Shown one piece after another: positions 9,178 through 18,834 of a stretch of 64,000 nucleotides of DNA (position 1 is the stretch's first letter; every line of letters starts with the position of its first letter). Under the pieces are notes generated by a model. That model had not been told where the DNA came from, made no database searches, and worked only from the letters and a program-made list of their open reading frames with translations. The stretch lies in contig JBGQHJ010000005.1 of NCBI GenBank assembly GCA_041497895.1, positions 8,521 to 72,520 on the forward strand, given 5' to 3'. The translations under genes and the position numbers were made by a program. Source of the DNA: Candidatus Methylomirabilia bacterium. Lineage in GTDB: Bacteria > Methylomirabilota > Methylomirabilia > Rokubacteriales > CSP1-6.

Positions 9178-9965
9178 CGGGGGGACGCGACCTCCTTGAG
9201 GGCTTCGATGATCTCGGAGTGGATGGTGCCGTTCGACGCGGTGATGGACGGGGCGCCCAGGTCGAGCGGCCCGCCGTGGACGGACGTGACGATGCCGCCC
9301 GCCTCGCGGATCAGGAGCGCGCCCGCCGCCACGTCCCACGCGCCGAGACGCTGCTCCCAGTAGCCGTCGAGCCGGCCCGCGGCCACCGCGGCCAGGCCGA
9401 GCACCGCGGAGCCGATGGAGCGCACGCTGCGACAGCGGAACATCAGCGCGCCGTGCTCGGCGAGGTTGTCGCGGGGCGCCCCGCGGATGTCGTTGGGATA
9501 GCTCGTGCCGAGAAGGCTCTCGGCCATCCGGGGCGTCGCGGAGACCCGGATCGGCACGTCGTTGCAGGTGGCGCCGCGGCCGCGCTCGGCCACGAAGCAC
9601 TCCTCGCGGCTCGGGTCGTAGACGACGCCCGCCGCGAGCGCGCCGTCGATCTCGAGGCCGATGGACACGCCGTAGATCGGCAGGCCGTGCGCGTAGTTGG
9701 TGGTGCCGTCGAGCGGGTCCACGATCCAGCGGTGGCCCGGCGAGCCGGCGAGCGCGCCGCTCTCCTCGGCCAGGATGGCGTGGCCGGGGAAGCGCGCGCG
9801 GATGGCCGCCACGATGATCGCCTCCGCGCCCCGGTCCATCTCGGTGACCAGGTTGGTCGGGCTGCCCTTGTAGGCGACGGCGGGACGGCTCCCGAACCGG
9901 GAGCGGAGGAAGGCGCCGGCCCGCAATGCCGCGTCGACCGCCACCTCGCGAAAGGCATCGCTCAC
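9174..9965 (-). CDS. suhB: Inositol monophosphatase family protein
   Basis: LVTEMD, AEE, WIVDPLDGTTNY, WDVAAG. Confidence 0.92.
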   Translation of the reverse strand: MSDAFREVAVDAALRAGAFLRSRFGSRPAVAYKGSPTNLVTEMDRGAEAIIVAAIRARFPGHAILAEESGALAGSPGHRWIVDPLDGTTNYAHGLPIYGVSIGLEIDGALAAGVVYDPSREECFVAERGRGATCNDVPIRVSATPRMAESLLGTSYPNDIRGAPRDNLAEHGALMFRCRSVRSIGSAVLGLAAVAAGRLDGYWEQRLGAWDVAAGALLIREAGGIVTSVHGGPLDLGAPSITASNGTIHSEIIEALKEVASPR

Positions 9966-9991
9966 GGACCTCGAGGATACCACGCCGCCGC

Positions 9992-10020
9992 TTGACAACC
10001 CGCCGCGCCTCTCGCAGCAT
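9992..10020 (+). promoter_or_regulatory. Putative sigma70 promoter for leaderless panE
   Basis: TTGACA-17 nt-CAGCAT, then 7 nt to ATG 10028; no SD sequence. Confidence 0.55.
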
Positions 10021-10027
10021 GGCGCGC

Positions 10028-10960
10028 ATGCGCATCGTGGTGATGGGATCGGGCGGGACCGGCGGGTACTTCGGCGCGAAGCTCGCGCGCGCAGGCGAGG
10101 ACGTGACGTTCGTGGCCCGCGGCGCGCACCTGGCCGCCATCACGGCGACCGGACTGCGGATCCGCTCCGCCAGCGAAGGGGAGTGGGTGGTGCGGGCCCC
10201 CGCGGTGGAGCGCCTCGACGGTCTGCCACCCCCCGACCTCGTGCTCTTCTGCGTGAAGTCGTTCGACACCGAGGAGGCCGCCGCGCTGATCCGGCCGGTG
10301 ATCGGGCCGCACACCGGCGTGCTCTCCATCCAGAACGGGGTCGACAACGAGGCGACGCTGGCGCGGGTGCTGGGACCCGGCCACGTCCTGGGTGGCGCGG
10401 TGCGGGTCTTCGCGACCATCGAGGCCCCCGGGATCATCCGGCACACCTTCGGCGGGCACATGACCTTCGGCGAGATGGACGGGCGCGAGACGGATCGCGC
10501 GCGCGCGTTCCTGGCCGCGTGCCGCAAGGCGGAGATCCCCACCGAGCTGGTGCCGGACGTCGAGCGCGCCCTCTGGGACAAGTACGTCTTCCTCACCACC
10601 CACGCGGGCGTGACCGCCATTACCCGCTGCCCGGCCGGGGTGGTGCGAGCGGTGCCCGAGCTGCGCGAGCTCTACCGACGGATCGGGGCCGAGATCGTCG
10701 CGGTCGCGCGCGCCGCCGGCGCCCCGGTGGACGACGGGCTGCTCGCGCAGGGCCTGAAGCTGCTCGACACGGTGGCCCCGAACGCCTCCTCCTCGCTGCA
10801 CCACGACCTGACCCACGGCAAGCGGCTCGAGCTCGAGGCCCTCCACGGCCACGTGCTGCGGCTCGCCGAGCGCCACGGGGTGGCCACGCCCACCGTCTTC
10901 GCGATCTACGCCGCGCTCCGTCCGTACCGCGACGGCGCGCCGTCCATTCCGGCCAGCTAG
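10028..10960 (+). CDS. panE: 2-dehydropantoate 2-reductase
   Basis: GSGGTGG, VKSFD, QNGV, LWDK, SSLHHDL, LELE. Confidence 0.92.
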   Translation: MRIVVMGSGGTGGYFGAKLARAGEDVTFVARGAHLAAITATGLRIRSASEGEWVVRAPAVERLDGLPPPDLVLFCVKSFDTEEAAALIRPVIGPHTGVLSIQNGVDNEATLARVLGPGHVLGGAVRVFATIEAPGIIRHTFGGHMTFGEMDGRETDRARAFLAACRKAEIPTELVPDVERALWDKYVFLTTHAGVTAITRCPAGVVRAVPELRELYRRIGAEIVAVARAAGAPVDDGLLAQGLKLLDTVAPNASSSLHHDLTHGKRLELEALHGHVLRLAERHGVATPTVFAIYAALRPYRDGAPSIPAS

Positions 10961-11009
10961 CGCCGTCCTCGGCCGGCGCGGCGCGCCGGCCGCTGGTCTA
11001 TACTGGCTC

Positions 11010-12887
11010 GTGTCTTCGTTCAGACGCCTCCTGCCGTATCTGCTTCGCTACCGCCTGCGCTACCTGGGCGGGGCCGCGTGCCTGCTCCTCGCGACGCTGA
11101 TGTCGGTCGGCATCCCGTGGACGGTGAAGCGCGCGGTGGACACCCTCGAGCGCGATGGCGCCGCCGCGCACCTGGCCCCCTTCGTGCTCCTCATCCTGGC
11201 CCTCGCGGCGGGTCACGGCGTGGCCCGGCTCGGCTCGCGCTTCGCGATCCTGGGCGCGGGGCAGTGGGTGGAGCACGACCTCCGCACCGCGCTCTACGCG
11301 CGCCTGCTGACGCTGCCGCCCGCCTTCTACCACGCCCACCGCACCGGCGACCTGATGTCGCGCGCGTCGAACGACATCTCGGCCCTGCGCGCGCTCGCCG
11401 GCTTCGGCGGCGTGATGCTGATCGGCACCCTCTTCGCGTTCGCGGGCACCCTCGGCGCCATGTGGGCGATCGACCCGTGGCTGACCCTGTTCGCGATGGC
11501 GCCGTTTCCGGGCCTGGTGGTGATCGCCAAGCGCTTCAATCACGACGTGGAGGCGCGCTCCACCGCGGTGCAGGAGCAGCTCGGCGCGCTGTCGGCCAAG
11601 GCCCAGGAGAACCTCACCGGCATGGCGGTGGTGCGCGCCTACACCATGGAGGAGCGGGAGATCGCCGAGTTCGCCCGGCTCAACGCGGAGTACCGGACGC
11701 GCAACCTCGCCCTGGCCCGCACCCAGTCGGTGTCGTGGCCGCTGATGGGCCTGGTCTCGGGCGTGGGCGCCCTGATCGTGCTCTGGCTGGGCGGCAAGGC
11801 GGTGGTGGACGGGCGTATCTCCCTGGGCTCGTTCGTCGCGTTCAACGGCTACCTGGCCCAGCTCGCGTGGCCCACCGTCGCGCTGGGCTGGACGCTCGCC
11901 AGCATCCAGCGGGGGCTGGCGGCGATGCAGCGGGTGACGGAGATTCTGGATTCGCGCCCGCATGAGAGCTTGGGTGGTTTATCTGACGCGGACGGGTTGT
12001 CCGCCGATTGGGGGAGTGCGGGGGCCATTTCTGGGCCCCCGCAGATGAAGAAAGACGGGTCAGATAAGCCGCCAAGCTTCCTGCCCGGCAAGACTGAGCC
12101 CGAGCTCCCGCCGGGTGGTCCGCAGCCCGAGCTCTTGCCCAACGGGCCGCTCGAGTTCCGCGGCCTCACCTTCGCGTACGACGACCGGGGTCTCGTGCTG
12201 CGGGACGTCTCGTTCGTGGTGCCGGCGGGCTCGGTGGTGGCGGTGGTCGGGCCCACCGGGAGCGGCAAGTCGACGCTCGGCACGCTGCTCTGCCGGCTCT
12301 ACGAGCCGCCCCGCGGCACGGTGTGGGTCGGCGGGCGCGACGTGCTGGACCTGCCGCTCGGTCCGCTGCGCCGCTCGGTGGGCTACGTGCCGCAGGAGTC
12401 CTTCCTGTTCTCGCGCCCGCTGCGCGACAACGTGCGCCTGGCCGACGAGCACGCGGGCCCCGAGCGGCTCGAGGAGGTGGCCCGCACCGCGGGCCTGGCC
12501 GACGACCTGGGCGCGCTACCGGCCGGCTGGGACACGGTGGTGGGCGAGCGCGGCCTCACCCTCTCGGGTGGCCAGCGCCAGCGGGTGGCGCTGGCGCGCG
12601 CGCTGGTGGCGGATCCTCCGTTCCTGGTGCTGGACGACGTGCTCGCCTCGGTGGACGCGGCCAAGGAGTGGGAGATCACCCGCTCGCTCCGCGCGGCGGC
12701 GAGCGGCCGCACCACGCTCCTCATGACCCACCGGCTCAAGGCGGCCGCGGAGGCCGACCGGATCGTGGTGCTCGACGAGGGCCGCGTGGTGGAGCAGGGG
12801 CGCCACCCCGAGCTGCTGGCCGCGGGCGGGCTCTACGCGCGTCTCTGGCGCGTGCAGCAGCTGGAGGACGAGCTCGCCAATGCGTGA
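11010..12887 (+). CDS. Type IV ABC exporter, subunit 1 (TMD+NBD, degenerate Walker B LVLDD)
   Basis: TGDLMSR, GPTGSGKS, LSGGQRQR; carries an atypical insertion in the TMD-NBD linker. Confidence 0.92.
   Translation: MSSFRRLLPYLLRYRLRYLGGAACLLLATLMSVGIPWTVKRAVDTLERDGAAAHLAPFVLLILALAAGHGVARLGSRFAILGAGQWVEHDLRTALYARLLTLPPAFYHAHRTGDLMSRASNDISALRALAGFGGVMLIGTLFAFAGTLGAMWAIDPWLTLFAMAPFPGLVVIAKRFNHDVEARSTAVQEQLGALSAKAQENLTGMAVVRAYTMEEREIAEFARLNAEYRTRNLALARTQSVSWPLMGLVSGVGALIVLWLGGKAVVDGRISLGSFVAFNGYLAQLAWPTVALGWTLASIQRGLAAMQRVTEILDSRPHESLGGLSDADGLSADWGSAGAISGPPQMKKDGSDKPPSFLPGKTEPELPPGGPQPELLPNGPLEFRGLTFAYDDRGLVLRDVSFVVPAGSVVAVVGPTGSGKSTLGTLLCRLYEPPRGTVWVGGRDVLDLPLGPLRRSVGYVPQESFLFSRPLRDNVRLADEHAGPERLEEVARTAGLADDLGALPAGWDTVVGERGLTLSGGQRQRVALARALVADPPFLVLDDVLASVDAAKEWEITRSLRAAASGRTTLLMTHRLKAAAEADRIVVLDEGRVVEQGRHPELLAAGGLYARLWRVQQLEDELANA
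11960..12084. repeat. Palindromic multi-hairpin element inserted in frame in the ABC gene
   Basis: Outer inverted repeat 11967-11987/12059-12078; inner hairpins GCGGAC/GTCCGC and TGCGGGGGCC/GGCCCCCGCA; core shared with the repeat at 63841-64000. Confidence 0.7.
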
Positions 12888-14700
12888 CGCCGAGCCGGAC
12901 GACGAGATCCTCGGCCGGGCCTACGACGCGCGCCTCATGCGCCGCGTCTGGTCCTTCACGCGCCCGCACGCCCGGCTGGTGCTGGTCACCTGCACCCTGT
13001 TCCCGGCGGTGGCCCTGCTCGAGCTGGCCCAGCCCTACCTGGTCAAGATCGCGATCGACGAGCACATCCTCCGGCGCGACTGACCGGGGCTGGGTCGCGT
13101 GGCCCTGCTCTTCATGCTCCTGCTCGTCGGCCTCTACGTCCTGCGGGCCACCCAGACCTACCTCACCCAGCTCACCGGTCAGCGGGTCATCCACGACCTG
13201 CGCGCGGCCGTCTTCGCGCACCTCCAGCGGCAGGACGCGCGCTTCTACGACCGGAGCCCGGTCGGGCGGCTGATGACCCGGCTGCTCAACGACGGCGAGG
13301 CGATCCAGGAGCTGTTCACGAGTGGGCTCGTCTCGCTCCTGGGCGACGTGGTCACGCTCACCGGGGTGGTCGCCATCATGCTCGGGATGAACTGGAAGCT
13401 CGCCCTCGTCACCTTCGCGCTGGTCCCGCTGCTCGTGCTCGCGGCCGGCTACTTCCGGCTGCGGGCCCGCGACAGCTACCGGGTGGTGCGCACCCGTCTC
13501 GCCCGCATGAACGCGTTCCTGCAGGAGTCGCTCCAGGGCATGAGCGTGATCCAGCTCTTCGCCCGCGAGGCGCGCGAGCGGCAGATGTTCGGCGAGCTGT
13601 CGGGCGCGCTGCGCCGCGGGCAGTTCCGCTCCACCTTCTACGACGCCTCGCTCTATGCCACCGTCGAGGCGCTGGGCGCGGCCGCGGTGGCCCTCCTCCT
13701 CTGGTACGGCGGCGGGCAGGTGGTGACCGGGGCGCTGACCTTCGGCGGCCTCGTCGCGTTCCTCGAGTACACCGGGCGGTTCTTCCTCCCGATCCGTGAC
13801 CTGGGGGCCAAGTACACCGTCATGCAGGCGGCCATGGTCTCGGCCGAGCGGGTCTTCGGCCTGCTCGACACCCAGCCGACGATCACGAGCCCGCCGGGGC
13901 GCGGTTCGGAGAGCCGAGCCGCCACCACCGGGCGGGCCGGAGCGCTGGAAGGGACGGCGGCGCCGGCGGTCGAGTTCCGCAACGTGTGGTTCGCGTACGA
14001 GGGCGAGCAGTGGGTGCTGCGCGACTGCTCCTTCCATCTGGCGCCCGGTGAGCAGGTGGCCCTGGTGGGCCCGACCGGCGAGGGCAAGACGACCATCGCC
14101 CGCCTGATGACCCGAGCCTACGACGTCACGCAGGGCCAGGTGCTGGTCGACGGGGTGGACGTGCGGGAGTGGGATTTGCGCACGCTGCGGCGCCACGTCG
14201 GGCTGATCCCGCAGGAGGTGTTCCTGTTCTCGGGCACGGTGGAGAACAACCTGCGCCTGGCCGGCGACGGCGCGGTCGATCGGGCCACGGTGGAGCGGGC
14301 GCTGGCCGCGGCGAGCGCGGACCGCTTCGTGGCGACGCTGCCGCGCGGCCTCGGCGAGGAGCTGCGCGAGCGCGGCGTCAACCTCTCGCAGGGCCAGCGC
14401 CAGCTGCTGGCCATCGCCCGCGCCATCATCTATAATCCTCGCGTTCTCGCCCTGGACGAGGCGACCTCGAGCATCGATCCGGAATCGGAAGCCCTGGTGC
14501 GCGTCGGGATCGCGCGCCTGGTGGAGGGACGGACGAGCCTCGTCATCGCCCACCGGCTGTCGACGATCCAGCGCGCGGACCGGATCCTCGTGCTGCACCG
14601 CGGGCAGATCCGCGAGGCGGGTCGGCACGCGGAGCTTCTCGCCCTCGGAGGGCTGTACTCACGACTGTACGAGCTGCAGTTCGGCCTGGAGCGGACATGA
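12880..14700 (+). pseudogene. Type IV ABC exporter, subunit 2, interrupted by in-frame TGA at 13081-13083
   Basis: ORFs 12880-13083 and 13099-14700 are in one frame (HILRRD*PGLG); GPTGEGKT, LSQGQ, LDE, AHRLST intact; may be a sequence error. Confidence 0.7.
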
Positions 14701-15041
14701 AGCACTTCGACGCGGCGGTCTACCGGCTGGTCGCGCGAATCCCGAGGGGGCGGGTGGCGACCTACGGCCAGATCGCGGCGCTGCTCGGCTACCCGCGCTC
14801 GGCCCGCGCGGTGGGTCGGGCGATGAAGCACGTGCCGGCACACGTGCCGTGGCACCGGGTGGTGAACGCGCAGGGCGGCATCAGCCGGCGGGCCAACGTG
14901 GGCGGCATGCTGACGCAGCGGGTACTGCTCGAGCAGGAGGGCGTCGTGGTCCGGCGGGGCCGGATCCGGCTCCGGGAGCACCGGTGGACCGGCGCGCGGC
15001 GCGGGCGTCCGCTCGCGATCGCCGCCCTCGAGCGGCTCTGA
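14697..15041 (+). CDS. MGMT-family alkyltransferase-like protein (Atl)
   Basis: [23 protein letters not shown] (Trp in place of catalytic Cys). Confidence 0.9.
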   Translation: MKHFDAAVYRLVARIPRGRVATYGQIAALLGYPRSARAVGRAMKHVPAHVPWHRVVNAQGGISRRANVGGMLTQRVLLEQEGVVVRRGRIRLREHRWTGARRGRPLAIAALERL

Positions 15042-15066
15042 GCCCGGGACACTGATCGGAGGACAC

Positions 15067-16095
15067 ATGCGACTCGGACTGAACATCGGCTACTCGCGCT
15101 CCCAGCTCGGCGTCGACCTGTCCTTGGTCCAGCACGCGGAGCGGCTCGGCTTCCACTCGGTGTGGTCGGCGGAGGCCTACGGCTCCGATGCGGTCTCGCC
15201 CCTCTGCTGGATCGCGGCCCGCACGGAGCGGATCCGGGTCGGCACCGCGATTATGCAGATCCCGGCCCGCACCCCCACGTTGACCGCGACCACCGCGCTC
15301 ACGATCGACCAGCTCTCCGGGGGTCGCTTCATCCTGGGCCTCGGTGTCTCAGGCCCACAGGTGGTGGAGGGCTGGCACGGGGTCGCCTTCGGCAAGCCGC
15401 TCGCCAAGACCCGCGAGTACGTCGAGATCGTACGCATGGTCTGGAAGCGGGAGCGGCCGGTCGAGCACAAGGGCGAGTACTACCAGATCCCGTACGCGGG
15501 GCCGGATGCGACCGGGCTCGGCAAGCCGCTGAAGTCGATCCTGCACGGCCGGGCCGACATCCCGATCTACCTGGCCGCGATCGGCCCCCGGAACGTGGCC
15601 CTCGCGGCCGAGATCGCGGACGGGCTCCTGCCGGTGTTCTTCTCGCCCGAGCGCATGAGCGTGTTCGCCCCGAGTCTCGAGGCCGGCTTCAAGGCGGCGG
15701 GTGGCGGCAAGTCGCTGGCCCGCTTCGACGTGGCCCCCACCGTTCCGATCGTGCTGGGGCCGGACGCGGCCGCGTGCCGGGCCATGGTCAAGCCCCGGCT
15801 CGCCCTGTACGTGGGCGGCATGGGGGCCCGCGGCAAGAACTTCTACAACGAGCTGGTCAGCCGCTACGGCTACGAGGCCGACGCCAAGCGTATCCAGGAT
15901 CTCTACCTCGGCGGCAAGAAGGACGAGGCGGCCGCCGCGGTGCCCGACGCCCTCGTGGACGAGGTCGCGCTGTGCGGGCCGAAGGAGCGCATTCGCGAGC
16001 GCCTGCCGCGCTGGAAGAGCTCCGGCATCACCACGCTGATCTGCGGCGCGGTGCAGCCGGAGGCGCTCGAGCTGATGGCGGAGCTGGTGCTGTAG
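15067..16095 (+). CDS. LLM-class, probably F420-dependent, oxidoreductase
   Basis: [38 protein letters not shown]. Confidence 0.9.
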   Translation: MRLGLNIGYSRSQLGVDLSLVQHAERLGFHSVWSAEAYGSDAVSPLCWIAARTERIRVGTAIMQIPARTPTLTATTALTIDQLSGGRFILGLGVSGPQVVEGWHGVAFGKPLAKTREYVEIVRMVWKRERPVEHKGEYYQIPYAGPDATGLGKPLKSILHGRADIPIYLAAIGPRNVALAAEIADGLLPVFFSPERMSVFAPSLEAGFKAAGGGKSLARFDVAPTVPIVLGPDAAACRAMVKPRLALYVGGMGARGKNFYNELVSRYGYEADAKRIQDLYLGGKKDEAAAAVPDALVDEVALCGPKERIRERLPRWKSSGITTLICGAVQPEALELMAELVL

Positions 16096-16099
16096 GGCC

Positions 16100-16594
16100 G
16101 TGAAGCCCGCGGTCGAGAAGGTACAGGCCGCCATCAGCGCGCACGGGCTCGAGCGGCGGGTGATCGAGCTCGCGGTCCACGCGCGCACCTCGCAGCAGGC
16201 CGCGGACGCGCTCGGGGTGACGGTGGGGCAGATCGTGAAGTCGCTCGTCTTCACCGCGGACGGGCGGCCGCTCCTGGTGGTGGCCTCGGGCGCCAACCGA
16301 GTGGACGAGCGGCGACTGGGCGAGCTGGCGGGCGGGCGGATCCGCCGCGCCGACCCGGCTACCGTGAAGGAGGCCACCGGCTACACCATCGGCGGGGTAC
16401 CGCCGATCGGCCTCGCGAGCCCGCTCGCGGTCTACGTGGACCGCGATCTGCTCGGCTACGATCTGGTCTACGCGGCGGCGGGCCTGCCCGAGTGCGTGTT
16501 TCCCATCGCGCCGCCGGAGCTGGTGCGCGCGACCGGCGGGACAGTCGTCGACATCAAGGAATCGGGGAGCCCTTTGAAAGGAGCGCGACCATGA
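16100..16594 (+). CDS. YbaK/EbsC aminoacyl-tRNA editing-domain protein
   Basis: QIVKSLVF, SGANRVD, TGYTIGGVPP, YAAAG. Confidence 0.9.
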   Translation: MKPAVEKVQAAISAHGLERRVIELAVHARTSQQAADALGVTVGQIVKSLVFTADGRPLLVVASGANRVDERRLGELAGGRIRRADPATVKEATGYTIGGVPPIGLASPLAVYVDRDLLGYDLVYAAAGLPECVFPIAPPELVRATGGTVVDIKESGSPLKGARP

Positions 16595-17352
16595 GACTCA
16601 AGGACAAGGTAGCCCTGATCACCGGGGCGGGCTCCGGCATCGGGCAGGCGACCGCGGTACTGTTCGCCCGCGAGGGCGCGAAGGTCGCGGTGGTGGACGT
16701 CCGAGAAGACGCGGCCAAGACCACCGCCGAGCAGATCGAGCGGAGCGGGGGCCAGGCGCTCGCCATCCGGGCCGACGTCTCGAAGTCGGCGGACAACCAG
16801 GCCGCGATCCAGCAGGCGGTGGTCCGCTGGGGCCGCCTCGACGTCTTCTACGCCAACGCGGGGGTGCCGCAGTTCCCGACGCCGGTCGAGAGCGTGGACG
16901 AGGCGGTGTTCGACCAGATCATGGCGGTGAACGTGAAGGGCGTGTTCCTCGCCGCCAAGCACGTGATGCCGGTCTTCAAGAAGCAGAAAGGCGGCGTGCT
17001 GTTGATCACCGGCTCGACCTCGGGCGTCCGCCCGCGCCCCGGCGTGCAGTGCTACTCGGCCTCCAAGGGCGCGGTGCACACCATGGCCGCGAGCCTCGCG
17101 CTCGAGTTCGCCGCCTTCGGGGCGCGCGTGGTCGCGATCGCCCCGGTGGCCACCGAGACGCCCATGCTCGCGACCTTCATGGGCAAGAAGCAGGTGGACG
17201 AGGAGGGCATGACCCGCTACCGCGGGACGGTGCCGCTCGGGCGGCTCAACCGGCCGGAGGATCTCGCGAACGCCGCGCTCTTCCTGGCCTCCGACGACGC
17301 TGCGATGATCACCGGCAGCGTGTTCCCGGTCGACGGCGGCCGGTGCATCTAG
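16591..17352 (+). CDS. Short-chain dehydrogenase/reductase
   Basis: TGAGSGIG, NAG, YSASK, VDGG; AAGGAG RBS. Confidence 0.93.
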   Translation: MRLKDKVALITGAGSGIGQATAVLFAREGAKVAVVDVREDAAKTTAEQIERSGGQALAIRADVSKSADNQAAIQQAVVRWGRLDVFYANAGVPQFPTPVESVDEAVFDQIMAVNVKGVFLAAKHVMPVFKKQKGGVLLITGSTSGVRPRPGVQCYSASKGAVHTMAASLALEFAAFGARVVAIAPVATETPMLATFMGKKQVDEEGMTRYRGTVPLGRLNRPEDLANAALFLASDDAAMITGSVFPVDGGRCI

Positions 17353-17356
17353 CATT

Positions 17357-17395
17357 CCCCCTCTCCCCCCTGGGGAGAGGGCAGGGTGAGGGGGC
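17357..17395. repeat. REP-like extragenic palindrome (CCCTCTCCCC..GGGGAGAGGG-CAGGGTGAGGGG)
   Basis: 10-bp stem 17359-17368/17372-17381 followed by a GGGTGAGGGG tail; single copy in this window. Confidence 0.6.
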
Positions 17396-17398
17396 TTG

Positions 17399-18361
17399 AT
17401 GATCGTCACCCCGCTCGCCGCCGAGTCGCTGGGGGTGCGCTCGGTGGCCACCTACGTCGAGTGCGGGCAGACGCGTGTGCTCATCGATCCGGGCGCGATG
17501 CTGGCCCCCAGCCGCTTCAACCTGGCGCCCGTCGAGGAGGAGTGGGAGGCGCTGCGTCGCGCGAACGATCGCATCTCGGGCTACGCGGCGCGGGCCTCCC
17601 TGATCTTCGTCAGCCACTACCACGAGGATCACTTCCGTCACGACCTGGGGCTCTACGCGGGCCGGCACCTCTGGGCCAAGGACCCGAAGCGCCACATCAC
17701 CGGCCGGCAGGCCCAGCGCGCGGAGCGGCTGTGGAGCGCGCTCGCCACTTCCTGTCCCCCGGCGTCCGCGGAGGGCCGACGGCTGGAGACGATGGACGCG
17801 GTGCTCCAGGCCTCGCCGCCGCTCAGCCACGGCCCCGACGGGACCTCGCTCGGCTACGTGGTGGCCCTGACGGTGGAAGACCGCCGTGAAGGCACCCGCT
17901 TCGTCCACGCCTCCGACGTGCAGGGCCCGCTGTCGGCGGTGGCCGCGGCGTACCTGGCGCGCCAGCGCCCCACGCTGCTCTACCTGTCGGGCCCGCCCGC
18001 CTATCTCGAGTCGCAGCTCGGCTCCGAGCTGGTGGACCGGGGCATCGAGCACCTGCTGCGGATCATCGATCAGACCGGCTGCCGGGTGATCCTCGATCAT
18101 CACGCGCTGCGGGACGCGGCGTACCCGGAGCGCTTCCGGCGCCTGTGGGAGACCGGGCGCGTGGTCACCGCAGCCGGGTTCCTGGGGGAGCGTGACGCGC
18201 CACTGGAGGCGCGACGCCGCGAGCTGTGGACGGGCCGGCGCAAGCCGCCCATGCCGGTGCGACCGTCGCGGGCACGTGGCGCGGGCGCAGGCCCGGGCGC
18301 GGACGGCGCGCGCGCGGCGACCGACTTCCGCCCGCGGTTCGGGCGGGTGAGAGAGGGATGA
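17399..18361 (+). CDS. UPF0282-like metallo-beta-lactamase-fold protein
   Basis: LAAESLGVRS, LIDPG, SHYHEDH, SHG, ASDVQGP, DHHALRD. Confidence 0.82.
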   Translation: MIVTPLAAESLGVRSVATYVECGQTRVLIDPGAMLAPSRFNLAPVEEEWEALRRANDRISGYAARASLIFVSHYHEDHFRHDLGLYAGRHLWAKDPKRHITGRQAQRAERLWSALATSCPPASAEGRRLETMDAVLQASPPLSHGPDGTSLGYVVALTVEDRREGTRFVHASDVQGPLSAVAAAYLARQRPTLLYLSGPPAYLESQLGSELVDRGIEHLLRIIDQTGCRVILDHHALRDAAYPERFRRLWETGRVVTAAGFLGERDAPLEARRRELWTGRRKPPMPVRPSRARGAGAGPGADGARAATDFRPRFGRVREG

Positions 18362-18834
18362 GCGCAATGAGCGAGGGCAAGGCACCCGGGGTGGGCGATC
18401 CCGCCCCGGACTTCACGCTGAAGACGATCGGGCTCAAGGACGTGAGCCTCAAGACCTACCGGGGCAAGAACGTGGTGCTGCTCTTCTATCCGCTCGACTG
18501 GACGCCGGGCTGATCCACCTGCATGCCCGCCTTCGATCGTCGCATCCGCGATTTCGAGGCGGCGAATACCCAGGTCATGGGTATCAGCACGGACAGCCCG
18601 TTCAGCCACGAGAACTGGGCGAAGTCGGTGGGCATCTCGAACTACCCGCTGCTCTCCGACATGCAGCGCTCCGCGGTGAAGGCCTACGGGGTCTACTGGC
18701 CGGACTGGAACGCCAACCTGCGGGCCACCTTCGTGATCGACAAGCAGGGAGTGATCCGCTTCACGGAGCGCTACGGCAAGGGGGAGCTGCCCGATCCCGA
18801 GAAGATCCTCGCCGAGGTCAAGAAGCTGACCTAG
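18358..18834 (+). CDS. Peroxiredoxin (AhpC/TSA family), probable selenoprotein with UGA at 18511-18513
   Basis: VGDPAPDFTL...FYPLDWTPG*STC...GISTDS...LLSD...RATFVIDKQGVIR in a single frame. Confidence 0.88.

Noticed and set aside
13081..13083. Selenocysteine at the ABC-exporter TGA
   Set aside because: Not a redox or catalytic Cys context; Trp>stop is more parsimonious
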